A stretch of 63,143 bases of DNA, filler included, from Bacteriovoracaceae bacterium (GCA_018649885.1; 4 parts of 4 records of this genome joined end to end with filler, not necessarily neighbours in it); one strand, 5' to 3'; positions 10,213-20,545 are shown, numbered from the whole stretch's first letter. A program made the numbers and translations. The notes: generated by a model not told the origin, from the sequence alone.

Positions 10213-12342
10213 ATGACAATAGAAGCACGAGAGAGAAACCAGTCAATGGGGATTGCAAAAATGGTTTATGGCATTCAGACCTTACGGAAATTACTCTTAG
10301 GGACACTCATTTTTCAAATGAGTGTCCTCTCTCCGCACTTATCAAATTGTAGCGCTAAGGATCAAGTAAGTACTCAGCAGCAGCTTGAGGGAGCTTTTGA
10401 TGACTCAGCAGTTACTGAGGAGTCCAGTGATGTCTCCACCACAAAAACCTATGAAATGGAGAGCACTCAGAATACGGCGAAGGCAGCCGATGTTCTTAGC
10501 TACATTAGTCTATTAGTTTCATCAGGTGTTGGAACGATGCTGCTTATTAAATGTCCTCAGTTAGTATTTCAAAATGCCTCATCTAGTGTTTATGTTATTG
10601 GCTCTCTTGCACATATTGCAGGCGAGATCGTCAATTTGGCCATTTACTACGATAAAATTCAAACTAGGGCGACTCTCTATCAAGAGAAAGTGACCATTAG
10701 CTCCGGCGGTGATTATAATTTGCAACTGGAAGGACTTGAGCAGGCGAGGGGTCTGCACGAGGACACTAAGAAGATGCTCATTTTCAAGCAAGTTTTGACG
10801 GCAGCTGTGAGTGCCACCTATACGGCCGCAGCGATTATAGCCACAGTTGAGGCCACTAAAGATAGCACTCCTGTTGCAGGTTGGGTTTCACAATTAGTGG
10901 ATAATATCAGAAACGGTGTCGCTGGTGCTGCTTGTGCTGCCACTTCCTTAAATCAAAAGCATGATGAAGATGAAATGCTTTTTTCGGCGTTAGCTTATAG
11001 CAATAGATCTCTCATTAAAAATGACCAAACACCAATTGAAAGCTATATGGCCTACAAAGAGTGGATGGGACTTTTAAAGGGGAAAAATAGCTCTCCATCT
11101 ATTGGTGAGTACAAATCGGCAAACAAAGTTTTTAAGAGTATGCCGGATCAGAGCATTTTTGGTCAATTCTCATCTTCTTTAAAAAGAGTTTCACAAATTT
11201 TTGAGGGAGTTTTAATTGCAAGAGCACATGCTGAAACCTACGAAGGAGCGGATGCCACGGTTCTCGAAGGGGCTTCTACAAATCAAAGCGAAGTGAAATC
11301 TTCAGGATGGCAAAAAATCGGAGGAATTTTCACTAAAATTCTTCTTCCTGTTGCTGGCATTACTGTACTTTTGATGTCTATGAAAAATGTAGTTGCTGGC
11401 ATTATGCAAATGTCTTATAGCCGGGCCGTTTATTTGTGGGTTGTGGCAGGACTTTCTATTCCCAGCAATATTGTCATTGCCGTTGAACAAGGAAAAATCA
11501 AAAAAAGAATTGAGCAGTATGATCGCTTGATTGCTGATTTAACAAAGTTACAGGGAAATAACCTTGATGAAGGTACTGAAAAAGAACAGCATCATAGAGT
11601 ACTGCCTGAAGGGGAGACAAGTAATTCTGTAATTGCTGATGGCTGTGTTGACTCTAGTCTTGTGGGCGATTCAGCTTGTGATTGTTTGAAAACCAATTCA
11701 TGTTACAGCTTAGAACAAGAAGGAGTGTCAAGGGTTAGTGCGGGGTTAAACTTTCCCTCGTGGGCGAATAAAACACTGGGAAGCACAACTGATTCTGTGG
11801 ACGCACTTTCTAGTGGCAATTTTAATGGCGCCCTTGGTTCTGCTACAAGTGCTGCCAAATTTGGCGCTAGAATGAGGCCCGCAAGAGATATAGCAGCTGG
11901 GCTTTTAAAGAACGGCTTGGGAAAAGGTATGACTTTAGATAAGGCGTCATCACTTTTGGGTGAAGGCCTTAGTGCTCATATTAAAAAATCTCTTGGTGGC
12001 GACGCTTCTTCAAAATTTAAAGGCCTGGCCTTCGGTGACTTACTTCCCAGTGATCAAAAAATTAGTAAAGACCAAACCATAAAGGATATGAAAGAGCTCA
12101 CTAAGAGTATTGTTGATACCAAAAATAGGACCCTGGGCGCTAAAGGGGCGAGTGACTTTCAGGGCTTTAATTTTGACAGTAAAACCGCTGCTGAAAGAAA
12201 AGTGAAAGTCAAAGATGAGGGGAGAGCACTTAAGGGATATAGGGCCGATTACGGAGAAATTCGAGATTCAGATGAAAGCCTTTTTAAAATTTTGCATTCT
12301 CGCTATATTCAATCCTATCCATTGCTACTTGAACGAAAGTAG
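10213..12342 (+). CDS. Large hypothetical membrane/secreted protein
   Basis: 709-aa ORF; several hydrophobic helices, coiled segments, Cys cluster CVD..ACDCLKTNSC. Confidence 0.8.
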   Translation: MTIEARERNQSMGIAKMVYGIQTLRKLLLGTLIFQMSVLSPHLSNCSAKDQVSTQQQLEGAFDDSAVTEESSDVSTTKTYEMESTQNTAKAADVLSYISLLVSSGVGTMLLIKCPQLVFQNASSSVYVIGSLAHIAGEIVNLAIYYDKIQTRATLYQEKVTISSGGDYNLQLEGLEQARGLHEDTKKMLIFKQVLTAAVSATYTAAAIIATVEATKDSTPVAGWVSQLVDNIRNGVAGAACAATSLNQKHDEDEMLFSALAYSNRSLIKNDQTPIESYMAYKEWMGLLKGKNSSPSIGEYKSANKVFKSMPDQSIFGQFSSSLKRVSQIFEGVLIARAHAETYEGADATVLEGASTNQSEVKSSGWQKIGGIFTKILLPVAGITVLLMSMKNVVAGIMQMSYSRAVYLWVVAGLSIPSNIVIAVEQGKIKKRIEQYDRLIADLTKLQGNNLDEGTEKEQHHRVLPEGETSNSVIADGCVDSSLVGDSACDCLKTNSCYSLEQEGVSRVSAGLNFPSWANKTLGSTTDSVDALSSGNFNGALGSATSAAKFGARMRPARDIAAGLLKNGLGKGMTLDKASSLLGEGLSAHIKKSLGGDASSKFKGLAFGDLLPSDQKISKDQTIKDMKELTKSIVDTKNRTLGAKGASDFQGFNFDSKTAAERKVKVKDEGRALKGYRADYGEIRDSDESLFKILHSRYIQSYPLLLERK

Positions 12343-12404
12343 TTGATAAAAAACCTATCAATTTCAATTTTTACCCATCTAATCCGAAAGAGTCGCAAGC
12401 GCAA

Positions 12405-12785
12405 TTGAAATTGGAGACAAGCATGGTAGAGCACATTACTGGTGAGCATATAAGGTCTGTGGTTAAAGATATTGTTATTACAATACTAACCTGTGGTCTT
12501 TTTAATATTTATATTCAATACGTTCAAATTGGTGCTGTTAACGATATTATTAATGAAGAGAAATACAGCTTTGTTCACTGGTTCTTATTTACCATTATCA
12601 CTTGTGGGCTCTACCATATTTACCATGAATACCGTATGACAGAGGATATTTGCAGAGGCCTTGAATTAAAAGATAGTAATGAGCCACTTGTTAATTTGAT
12701 GTTATCTGTGTTTGGGCTCTGTATTGTTGCCGATGCCATTCAACAAGGCCTAATCAATAAGTATTACGGCAGTGATGAATTATAA
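12405..12785 (+). CDS. DUF4234-like membrane protein
   Basis: Repeated (L/I)TCGL(F/Y) motifs, C-terminal IQQGLIN. Confidence 0.75.
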   Translation: MKLETSMVEHITGEHIRSVVKDIVITILTCGLFNIYIQYVQIGAVNDIINEEKYSFVHWFLFTIITCGLYHIYHEYRMTEDICRGLELKDSNEPLVNLMLSVFGLCIVADAIQQGLINKYYGSDEL

Positions 12786-13170
12786 ATTCATTTTTCCATT
12801 AGTTTTTTTTAGCACAATCATTTGTGTCAATGCTCTCAGCTTAGGTGATGGGCAGGCGTTAGAGTGGCTATCTATGATTCCACTCAAATGCCCACTTAGG
12901 TGGTTGACTGGCATTGTGTGTCCCACCTGTGGTCTTGGACATTCTCTTTTTTATAGCTTTAAATTCTCTTTTGTACAGGCAGCTACTCATCATCCCCTAG
13001 GACCTATCTTTTTTGGATTGGGACTACTATTTAATTTTGCTATTTTAATGGGAAGAGCAGAGGAGTTGATAGTAGGTACTCGTGCTTTAGGGCAACGTTT
13101 TGCAACCATGAACTCAGGAGCATTTGCCTTTATTATATACTGTATATGGGGTTTTTCTAGAAACTTCTGA
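12772..13170 (+). CDS. DUF2752-like membrane protein
   Basis: CPLRWLTGIVCPTCGL and HPLG motifs. Confidence 0.8.
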   Translation: MMNYKFIFPLVFFSTIICVNALSLGDGQALEWLSMIPLKCPLRWLTGIVCPTCGLGHSLFYSFKFSFVQAATHHPLGPIFFGLGLLFNFAILMGRAEELIVGTRALGQRFATMNSGAFAFIIYCIWGFSRNF

Positions 13171-13239
13171 TTGATCTAGTCAACTTAGCATCTCGACTAC
13201 TTACTTCCAATAATACCCATCCTATTTTATAATAGCAGT

Positions 13240-14172
13240 ATGAATACATATCAATCCGGTCATATGTCTGACATGAGCGAAACCCGTTGGGCCGAGGTCA
13301 CTGAAAATAAGACTTGCTCTTCAAAAGATGGTATTCAATTGTTTTACCAGACCATTGGAAGTGGTGATAAAGTCATGATCCTGGCAAATGGGTTAGGTGG
13401 ACGACTCTATTCGTGGGCACCATTTTTAGACTACCTAAGCTCTGACTATAAATTAATTTGTTGGGATTACCGCGGGCTATTTGATTCAGAGACACCTCAA
13501 AAAATTACCGATCTTTCTATTACCAGACACGCCCAGGATATTAAGGCGATACTCGACAATGAAGGCGTGGAGCGCGTGATCCTCGCTGGCTGGAGTATGG
13601 GGGTTCAAGTTTCACTAGAGTTTGCCAGTCATCACCAAGATATGGTGGATGGACTGATTTTATTAAATGGAACCCATGGCCACACTCTCGAGACCGCATT
13701 TCAGCCTCTTTTTAGACATCCTTATTCACATAAGTATTTCCATGAGGTGATCGATAAGGTGCTCGCTTCTAGTAAGTATATTGATCTTCTTTGCAAAATC
13801 AAAGACATCAAAAAAATAAGGGTAATGTTAGGCCGCTTTTTAAAATTTTGGTGGAAAAATGAAGACTTAGAAATCATCGCTGAGTGGTTTATAAATGATA
13901 TCTTTAATAAGGCCAATTTTCCTCTTATCTTAAAATTAGTACAAGAGCTAGATGCCCACTCCGTATATCATCACCTTAGAGACATCCATAAACCGGTTTT
14001 AATTCTTAGTGGTGGCTCAGACTTCCTGACCCCAAGCTATCAAAGTGTAGAGATAGCCCGAAAGTTAAAAAACTCAAAACACATCCATTTTCGAGTCGCC
14101 GGTCACTTCCTTTTACTTGAGAAATCTAATGAAATCATGGGGCATGTAAGGCTATTTCTTTCAAAGTTGTAA
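13240..14172 (+). CDS. Alpha/beta hydrolase
   Basis: WDYRG, GWSMG nucleophile elbow, GGSD acid, AGH catalytic His. Confidence 0.9.
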   Translation: MNTYQSGHMSDMSETRWAEVTENKTCSSKDGIQLFYQTIGSGDKVMILANGLGGRLYSWAPFLDYLSSDYKLICWDYRGLFDSETPQKITDLSITRHAQDIKAILDNEGVERVILAGWSMGVQVSLEFASHHQDMVDGLILLNGTHGHTLETAFQPLFRHPYSHKYFHEVIDKVLASSKYIDLLCKIKDIKKIRVMLGRFLKFWWKNEDLEIIAEWFINDIFNKANFPLILKLVQELDAHSVYHHLRDIHKPVLILSGGSDFLTPSYQSVEIARKLKNSKHIHFRVAGHFLLLEKSNEIMGHVRLFLSKL

Positions 14173-14424
14173 AAAGTTTAAACACATAAGTCATTTTCGG
14201 TGGTTAATTATCCACTATTTCGTAAACAATCTATAATTTTGTTGTCCAAGCTGAAGTTTACAAATTCCAAATTAAAAAAAACGCTATTATTACGTCAACT
14301 ACGATTTTTTGAATTGAGTATGAAAATTACTAACGATTCCAAGCTTCTGAAAGGCACAAACCAGCAGTATTGGACAATAACTTATTTTTCCCAAAGATTG
14401 GGATAAATTCTCGGAGGAATTACC

Positions 14425-15357
14425 ATGAAAAAGACTTTACTAGCATGTACGCTACTTGCCACTAGCCTGACTGGCTTTGCTCAGGATATCGATTTCACAT
14501 TTGTAATTAGATGGGATCATAATCACAGTAGTGGTCATGGGTCTGTTTGTAATAGAGCTGGTTTTAAAGCTGGAGCTGTTAATGCGACTTCATTTAAAAA
14601 TTTAACAGGAAAACTTGGGTCACAAACTGATCTACTAAGAAAGGTGCTTGCCAGAGAAGCTTATATATTTACACCTAATGGCAATATCATTGTGGCAGAA
14701 CTTGAAAAACGTGCATGTCGTGATGTTAGGTTTGAACTTGCTTGCAAGCGAGCAGTAAACTTTGAAGAAAAGGCTGATACAATAGGAAGAAAGTATGAAA
14801 AATATAGCTTAGCTCTTAGTGCATACAGAGCAGCTTCGGGTGGCTTCAATCACGCTGAAGATGCACGTTTGTCTGCATTAGCTGATACAGCTCATAGTGA
14901 AGCAACTCTTTTGGCCAATCGTTTGGATGAAAAAATTAGAGATCTTCGCGAACTAAAAATGAGCCTTCAAGCAGCAACAACTATGGAAAGCATAGAAATT
15001 AACAGATATAAAAGTGAATTGATTGCTCAAGTCGATTCAAGAATGGCGCAGGAACGCACACAAGTTACTCAGGCCCAAGCTAAAGCAACTAGACTTTTTA
15101 CTCAGGCACAAAATTATGCTCCAGTTTCAAATAGAGCAGTTAGGCTTGCTAAAAAAGAACTTGGGATTCAGGTTCAATTAACTGTAGATGAGTATCTACT
15201 ACTTAAAAAGATTGTTAAGAAAAACGAAAGATTATCAGAAAAGAGAATTTCGGTACCTGGCAATCATCCAAAAAATAGTTATGACAATGAAATGCGTTGT
15301 GTTTCAAATGTTTTTGACGAAATAGTTGAAGATGTAAGAGCTCTTCCAGTTCAGTAA
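14425..15357 (+). CDS. Secreted hypothetical protein with coiled-coil core
   Basis: GGAGG RBS, signal peptide MKKTLLAC..GFA, helical region, own terminator. Confidence 0.85.
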   Translation: MKKTLLACTLLATSLTGFAQDIDFTFVIRWDHNHSSGHGSVCNRAGFKAGAVNATSFKNLTGKLGSQTDLLRKVLAREAYIFTPNGNIIVAELEKRACRDVRFELACKRAVNFEEKADTIGRKYEKYSLALSAYRAASGGFNHAEDARLSALADTAHSEATLLANRLDEKIRDLRELKMSLQAATTMESIEINRYKSELIAQVDSRMAQERTQVTQAQAKATRLFTQAQNYAPVSNRAVRLAKKELGIQVQLTVDEYLLLKKIVKKNERLSEKRISVPGNHPKNSYDNEMRCVSNVFDEIVEDVRALPVQ

Positions 15358-15381
15358 AATAATTACTCCGTAAATACATAG

Positions 15382-15407
15382 AAGGGTCCAGCATTGGACC
15401 CTTTTTT
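15382..15407 (+). terminator. Rho-independent terminator
   Basis: AAGGGTCCA-gcat-TGGACCCTT followed by T-tract. Confidence 0.85.
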
Positions 15408-15449
15408 GGTTTTAGGAATGGAATTGTTTCAATTGTAAGGGAATTTATT

Positions 15450-15857
15450 TTTTTGTTTGTGGTGGTAGTTGCTTTGTAGTGAAAAAAATCCAGGATATTA
15501 AGAAAATTTCCAGTAGCTTAAGCGTAAAAATTAAAATGATTGAGGGTTTCTATCTATGCTGTGCTTTAGCTGGGCCTGATTAACGTGGTCGTTGCAAGGG
15601 GGTGTCATCAAGGCAATTTCTTGTGGAACTAATTCTCTCGGTATGTTGTTCACGGCGCTGGGGAATTTGGTGGAGTTTGCTAGGTTTTGCAGGCGCCTTC
15701 TATCGAGACGTAAAATTAAAAATGAGTGGGGTTTTTTATCGATGACGTGTTCTAGCGGAATTTGATTATTGTGGTAGTTGCTTTTATGGAATGTTCGATT
15801 CGTGGGGCCGGTGGTTTTTTGAAAAATTTGTGGAAATATTGGTCACGGTGCTAGGGG
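15450..15857 (+). repeat. Degenerate ~190-bp intergenic repeat (about 2 units); related copy inverted at ~40140-40292
   Basis: Recurring blocks TAAAA(A)TTAAAA(A)TGA, GTGGT(A/C)GTTGC and G(T/G)TCACGG(C/T)GCT. Confidence 0.55.
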
Positions 15858-15998
15858 TGTAATGCTCAGATAGAAGGGTTACACCGCTAACTTCTTCTTT
15901 TGCTTTAATCTCTCATATGGTGTCTGTCCGTCAAGTGCACCGTGTGGACGATCGAAGTTATAGTAGTCTTCCCACTGTTTGAGTTTATTATTAAATAG
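15858..15998 (-). mobile_element. IS481-family element, right end (transposase C-terminus 15879..15998)
   Basis: Minus strand LFNNKLKQWEDYYNFDRPHGALDGQTPYERLKQKKKLAV*; terminus ends ...CATTACA (TGT..ACA ends typical of IS481); lies at a contig end. Confidence 0.8.
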
Positions 15999-16098
15999 NN
16001 NNNNNNNNNNNNNNNNNNNNNNNNNNNNNNNNNNNNNNNNNNTTAATTAATTAANNNNNNNNNNNNNNNNNNNNNNNNNNNNNNNNNNNNNNNNNNNN
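15999..16098. other. Artificial contig linker (N-TTAATTAATTAA-N)
   Basis: Six-frame stop linker inside an N run. Confidence 0.97.
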
Positions 16099-16221
16099 CC
16101 CCCCCCCCCCCACTCACTGTTTATTAACCTACTATGTGATGAATCCATTAATAAGGAATTTAAATCTAGCTGCTCAGTTGATACTCATATCGGGGACACA
16201 AAAGAGAATTTTTCCAATGTT

Positions 16222-17232
16222 TTGATAAAGTTAAAGGGAAAAAAATCAGAGCCTCAAATTGGATACGGTCTATACTTTGAAGATAAGGTGAACTTATTTG
16301 ATATTGAAAGCTCAAAAACATGGAGACTTACACCGCTATTTCGAGATCTAAGCTTTCTAAGAGAAAAACTATCAAATGACTTATTTCAGCTTTTAAACCC
16401 AAAGCTGAAAATTCCAAAACTTAACTTTATAGAAGTATTTATTAACGGCAATTACAACGGACTATATCTTCTCCATAGAAAACTAACTAGAAAAGCACTT
16501 GGCATTAAAAAGAAATCCCAGTGGAATAAAAAGGGAATTATTTTTAAGGCCAAAAGTGGTAATCGAGATGAGCTACTGAGCTCTGCTGACAAAGATCTTC
16601 TTATGTCCCAATTCCAGCAAGTCTACCCCGACCTATATCGCTACCACTTTGATAGAATGGATTACTTGCTCAGTGTCAGGGAAGGTGTCAAGGCCTTAAG
16701 TGAAAATGATCCTGAAAAGATATTGTCTCTTTTTAATTTAGACAATTACTTTAGCTATTATCTATTTTCACTTTTATCGGGAAATAAGTTCAATGCTAGC
16801 TTTTACCTTTTCTATGTTCCAAGAGAATCTATCAGCTACATTATTCAAAACAATAATAGCAAATCTTTTGGTATCTCACACCACAGAGAGATGCACTACA
16901 TTAACGACATTGACGCCCATCCCCTCTACCTAAATATAGACAAAAACCCTCTTTATTGGAAAATGCTTCAAGTAAAATGGAAAGAGATTGAAGAGGACCA
17001 ACAAATACTAGATTTTTTAAATAAAAAAGTAGACCATTATACCAAATTAATTAGTGATAGTGCTGATCGAGATTTCGCCCATTGGCAAAAACCCCGTATC
17101 AGTGATGCAACTAGAACAATTCATACAAACTGGAAAAGGGAGATAGAGTATTTAAAAACCTGGATTGAAAGAAGAACAGTTTTTTTAAATAGTTATTTTA
17201 GCGAAAATGAACCTAGACACATTTCAAAATAG
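16222..17232 (+). CDS. CotH-family kinase-like protein (frame open back to the contig edge, so probably 5'-truncated)
   Basis: DLSFLREKLS, FIEVFINGNYNGLYLL, YLKTWIERR motifs; adjacent VTC gene is a usual CotH partner. Confidence 0.75.
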   Translation: MIKLKGKKSEPQIGYGLYFEDKVNLFDIESSKTWRLTPLFRDLSFLREKLSNDLFQLLNPKLKIPKLNFIEVFINGNYNGLYLLHRKLTRKALGIKKKSQWNKKGIIFKAKSGNRDELLSSADKDLLMSQFQQVYPDLYRYHFDRMDYLLSVREGVKALSENDPEKILSLFNLDNYFSYYLFSLLSGNKFNASFYLFYVPRESISYIIQNNNSKSFGISHHREMHYINDIDAHPLYLNIDKNPLYWKMLQVKWKEIEEDQQILDFLNKKVDHYTKLISDSADRDFAHWQKPRISDATRTIHTNWKREIEYLKTWIERRTVFLNSYFSENEPRHISK

Positions 17233-17926
17233 ATTTGAAATCAAATATGTTATTCCCGGAACTTTGGCGAATTCAATCGTTAAAGATTTAGCACCCTTTT
17301 GTATTCCAGATCCAAACTCAGTGGACCAGAAAGGGTTTTATGATATTTATAGTCTTTATTATGACTCCCCAAATCTTGCTTGGTACTTTGAAAAAATCGA
17401 TGGCAAGAAGAAGAGAAAAAAGCTTAGAGTAAGATACTACGGTAGCATCGATGTAAAAAAAGCATTCATAGAGATAAAAAGAAAAGATATCCTAACAGTT
17501 AGTAAGGAGAGAATTGAGATTGATGCAAAAGATATCAACCGTCGAATCTTTAACCCGACAACTGCGGAAATAGATGGCTCATTAACCCAGCAAAAAATTT
17601 ACAGCTATTCAAAATTTTACCAACTACAACCAAAAGTGCTTATCAAATATACAAGACAAGCTTTTATTGGAAGATCTGATCCAAGACTTAGAATAACATT
17701 TGATACCAATCTGAAGTGCTCAAAAATGTATCCAAATAGTGATATGATCGAGCCAACAAAGAAAATGATTTCACCACTTAACACTATACTCGAAATTAAA
17801 TTCAATACTGCTCACCCAAAATGGCTAAGGTCAATTTGTGAAAAGTATTCCCTTAACCCAACAAGAGTTTCAAAATACTGCCTTGCCATTGATAAAACAT
17901 ACCCTAAGACGTTAATTTATTATTGA
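17207..17926 (+). CDS. VTC-domain (polyphosphate polymerase/CYTH-like) protein
   Basis: RFEIKY, SLYYDS, RKKLRVRYY, EIKRK, RITFD, ILEIKF, SKYC. Confidence 0.92.
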   Translation: MNLDTFQNRFEIKYVIPGTLANSIVKDLAPFCIPDPNSVDQKGFYDIYSLYYDSPNLAWYFEKIDGKKKRKKLRVRYYGSIDVKKAFIEIKRKDILTVSKERIEIDAKDINRRIFNPTTAEIDGSLTQQKIYSYSKFYQLQPKVLIKYTRQAFIGRSDPRLRITFDTNLKCSKMYPNSDMIEPTKKMISPLNTILEIKFNTAHPKWLRSICEKYSLNPTRVSKYCLAIDKTYPKTLIYY

Positions 17927-19261
17927 TTTATTATTGATTTCTTTTTCATTTCCTAAGTCTTTTAGAAAAATCATGGTACCAACCCAAATAAAAACCAAAA
18001 CGGGCATAAGCGTACGATTGGCACTTGTATTAAGATGCCACCTGAGCGGTGCCATAGTTTGTAGATAAACTAAAAAAATAATGCCGAAATAATAAAGCCC
18101 GCAAACCCAAGCAAATAAGCTGATTTCATTTACCTTTAGTCTATTTTTTAACTTTAAAAAAGCGAGTGCTAACAAAGAAGCCACCCCACCGACAATTATA
18201 TAGGGAACAATATATTTAATAAAAATGAGCTCTTTCATTAAAAAAGGAATTTCATGTACTCGTGCAATCATTCTCTGAACCAATGCTAGATCGAAGGTAA
18301 TTTGAGTATCGGTAAAACCCCAGCTTTTTTTTGCCACAACCCAAATCACAAACGGTAAAAGCATCAGGACAATCTCTAGGAGATACTTCCTCACCCCCTT
18401 CACCAATTCAAATAAAACCTTGTGTCTTACTCCGTAAATCACTAGTAATGTTCCAAATACCAATGAGAAGACTATCCCTTCATTTTTTATATTTAAGAAA
18501 ATGGCAGCACAAAGAAAAATATTTTTTGATAATTTTTTGGTCTTGATCAAACTCCAACTCCAAAAACAAAATAATCCCCCATACAGCGACACATAGCCGT
18601 CCATATACCCATTCCAGGTAAAAGTTCCAAGAGAAAGAAAAATCACAAGGCTTGTTAATTGTGTGTACCACTTTTCTTTTGACCAAATAAAAAACCCAAG
18701 TGACGAATGGATAAAGATAGGGGCAAGAGAGAATTTTGGAAGAAACTCATTCCAAAACCCAACAACATTGGCTAGCTGTGCAGCCATAGCAGGTACCAAT
18801 TTAGGATAGTCAGGGTGATTACCAGCGTTTAATTTTAGTGCATCTCCCATTCCTAGGAAGTAGTCACTATGATAAATGACCTTTGCATAAAAAAACCAAA
18901 TTGATCTTGGGTCCCACTCGAATATTGGGACAACTAGAATCTGGTGCAGAAAAAATCCGCAAACGACAGTGATTAAAATGAAATTGAAAGGCTTTTTTAA
19001 AACTGTAGAAAGGATGTCTCTTAGAAAATCCCTACACACCAGCAGCCCAATTATAGAAAGAGGAATGCCTAATATTTCAGATATTGATAATTTTGGGGAA
19101 GCAACAATGAGCAGAAAGTTGAATAAAATCCCCAAACCGTATACCCAAAAAAGTTTCTCTAAAACACTTTGTTGATCACGGTTTTTAAATAGGTATTTAT
19201 CTAAGAATAAACCAAGGCCCAAAAAATAAAGTGGATAAAGACTAACGAGGGCAAATAGCAT
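17912..19261 (-). CDS. Polytopic membrane protein, GT-C-type glycosyltransferase-like
   Basis: Many TM helices; WD..SIW..YAK, HPDYP, GYMD, KNEG motifs. Confidence 0.7.
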   Translation of the reverse strand: MLFALVSLYPLYFLGLGLFLDKYLFKNRDQQSVLEKLFWVYGLGILFNFLLIVASPKLSISEILGIPLSIIGLLVCRDFLRDILSTVLKKPFNFILITVVCGFFLHQILVVPIFEWDPRSIWFFYAKVIYHSDYFLGMGDALKLNAGNHPDYPKLVPAMAAQLANVVGFWNEFLPKFSLAPIFIHSSLGFFIWSKEKWYTQLTSLVIFLSLGTFTWNGYMDGYVSLYGGLFCFWSWSLIKTKKLSKNIFLCAAIFLNIKNEGIVFSLVFGTLLVIYGVRHKVLFELVKGVRKYLLEIVLMLLPFVIWVVAKKSWGFTDTQITFDLALVQRMIARVHEIPFLMKELIFIKYIVPYIIVGGVASLLALAFLKLKNRLKVNEISLFAWVCGLYYFGIIFLVYLQTMAPLRWHLNTSANRTLMPVLVFIWVGTMIFLKDLGNEKEINNKSIIN

Positions 19262-19694
19262 AAATTAACTCTTCCTTGCCTTTTGGATCAACACGGTCAA
19301 AAACATGTCCTTCAACAACAGTACAGTTCTTCCTTAGACCTTTTCGCCCAAGTGATATGGTATGCTCACTTGAAGAGTCTAACTTAATAGGCCAAGCTGC
19401 CTCATGAAGTCTCTGACGATAAAGAATGTCATCGCTCCAACTTTGAGAATAACGATAGTCTGTCAATTGGTGTTTCCTTAAAACCAAAACAGCTTTTTCA
19501 ACAATTCTAGGAATCACATACAGACCATAACCGGGCGTGGTTAGGTTTTGATAATTCTTTAACCTCTGCTCCCAAGTCGTTTCAAGAATTTTGCTTTTCA
19601 ACTTCTTCAGAAAAGCTGATGGATGTGCTGACAATGGAAGCAGTAAGAATGAAAGTACTATACCTTTACAGAGAAAATCCCGCTTCTGTGGCAT
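19242..19694 (-). CDS. Hypothetical exported protein
   Basis: 150-aa ORF overlapping both neighbours, N-terminal hydrophobic segment. Confidence 0.6.
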   Translation of the reverse strand: MPQKRDFLCKGIVLSFLLLPLSAHPSAFLKKLKSKILETTWEQRLKNYQNLTTPGYGLYVIPRIVEKAVLVLRKHQLTDYRYSQSWSDDILYRQRLHEAAWPIKLDSSSEHTISLGRKGLRKNCTVVEGHVFDRVDPKGKEELIYAICPR

Positions 19695-20376
19695 CTTTAT
19701 AAAATCCTTTTACCGTATCGAGAGAATACTCTTCTAAGTCTTTCCCTATTCCACCCATCTTTTTCAGAATACTTGGAGGTACAGTAATAATATCACATCC
19801 AGTTTGGTCGGCTTCAAAAATATTGTAAACCTCTCTGGTAGATGCCCACAATAGCTCCATTTTAGGATCAACAGAGCAAATTTCACAAGACTTTGTCATT
19901 AACGGTTTGGGATCAACACCGGTATCAGCTATCCTTCCAGCAAAAATAGAAACCAGTGAGCCACTTGTTCCCTCAAGAGCTGTAACCGTTCTTCTGACCT
20001 GATCTTCTGTAAAAAGTGCAGTGACATTCAGCTTAACACCTTCTTTAGTAAGCTTTTCTATAAGCTCATAGGCGTATTGTCTCTTAGTATTCATTACTGG
20101 GATTTTGACATAAACATTTTCACCCCAAGTTTTGATATCGAGGGCCTGTCTGTACATTTCATCAAACTCATCTGCAAAAACTTCAAATGAAAGTGGCTTA
20201 TTTGGCACAATACTTAAAATTTCTTTGGAATAGGACTTGTAATCACTCGCCCCTGCTTGCTTCATCAAAGAAGGATTGGTGGTAAACCCAGCAATATTTG
20301 GATCATCTGCCAGAAGTTTAATATCTTCCATTTTAGCGCCATCTGAATAAAGCTTCACTTTCAATTGATTCATCAC
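19666..20376 (-). CDS. tal: Transaldolase (short type)
   Basis: GFTTNPSL, VYVKIP Schiff-base Lys, LNVTALF, FAGRIAD, LWASTRE. Confidence 0.93.
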   Translation of the reverse strand: MMNQLKVKLYSDGAKMEDIKLLADDPNIAGFTTNPSLMKQAGASDYKSYSKEILSIVPNKPLSFEVFADEFDEMYRQALDIKTWGENVYVKIPVMNTKRQYAYELIEKLTKEGVKLNVTALFTEDQVRRTVTALEGTSGSLVSIFAGRIADTGVDPKPLMTKSCEICSVDPKMELLWASTREVYNIFEADQTGCDIITVPPSILKKMGGIGKDLEEYSLDTVKGFYKDATEAGFSL

Positions 20377-20545
20377 TTTCCCCTGATTTTTGATTTGTCT
20401 AAAGTTATCAAAAGCGGGACCGCTTGTATATTAGGGCCATTTCCACTCTCCTGTAGCTGCTGGGCGTTTTTCATCGCTAACTACTTTTGATACAAATTCA
20501 TCTGACCTATTGCATTAGCCGTAAATACTCAGCCCTGGGAGGGCC

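Noticed and set aside
15999..16098. TTAATTAATTAA palindrome inside N runs (three occurrences)
   Set aside because: Synthetic six-frame-stop linker used to join contigs, not biology
16099..16111. Poly-C tract as a phase-variation site
   Set aside because: At a contig edge, so its length and context cannot be trusted
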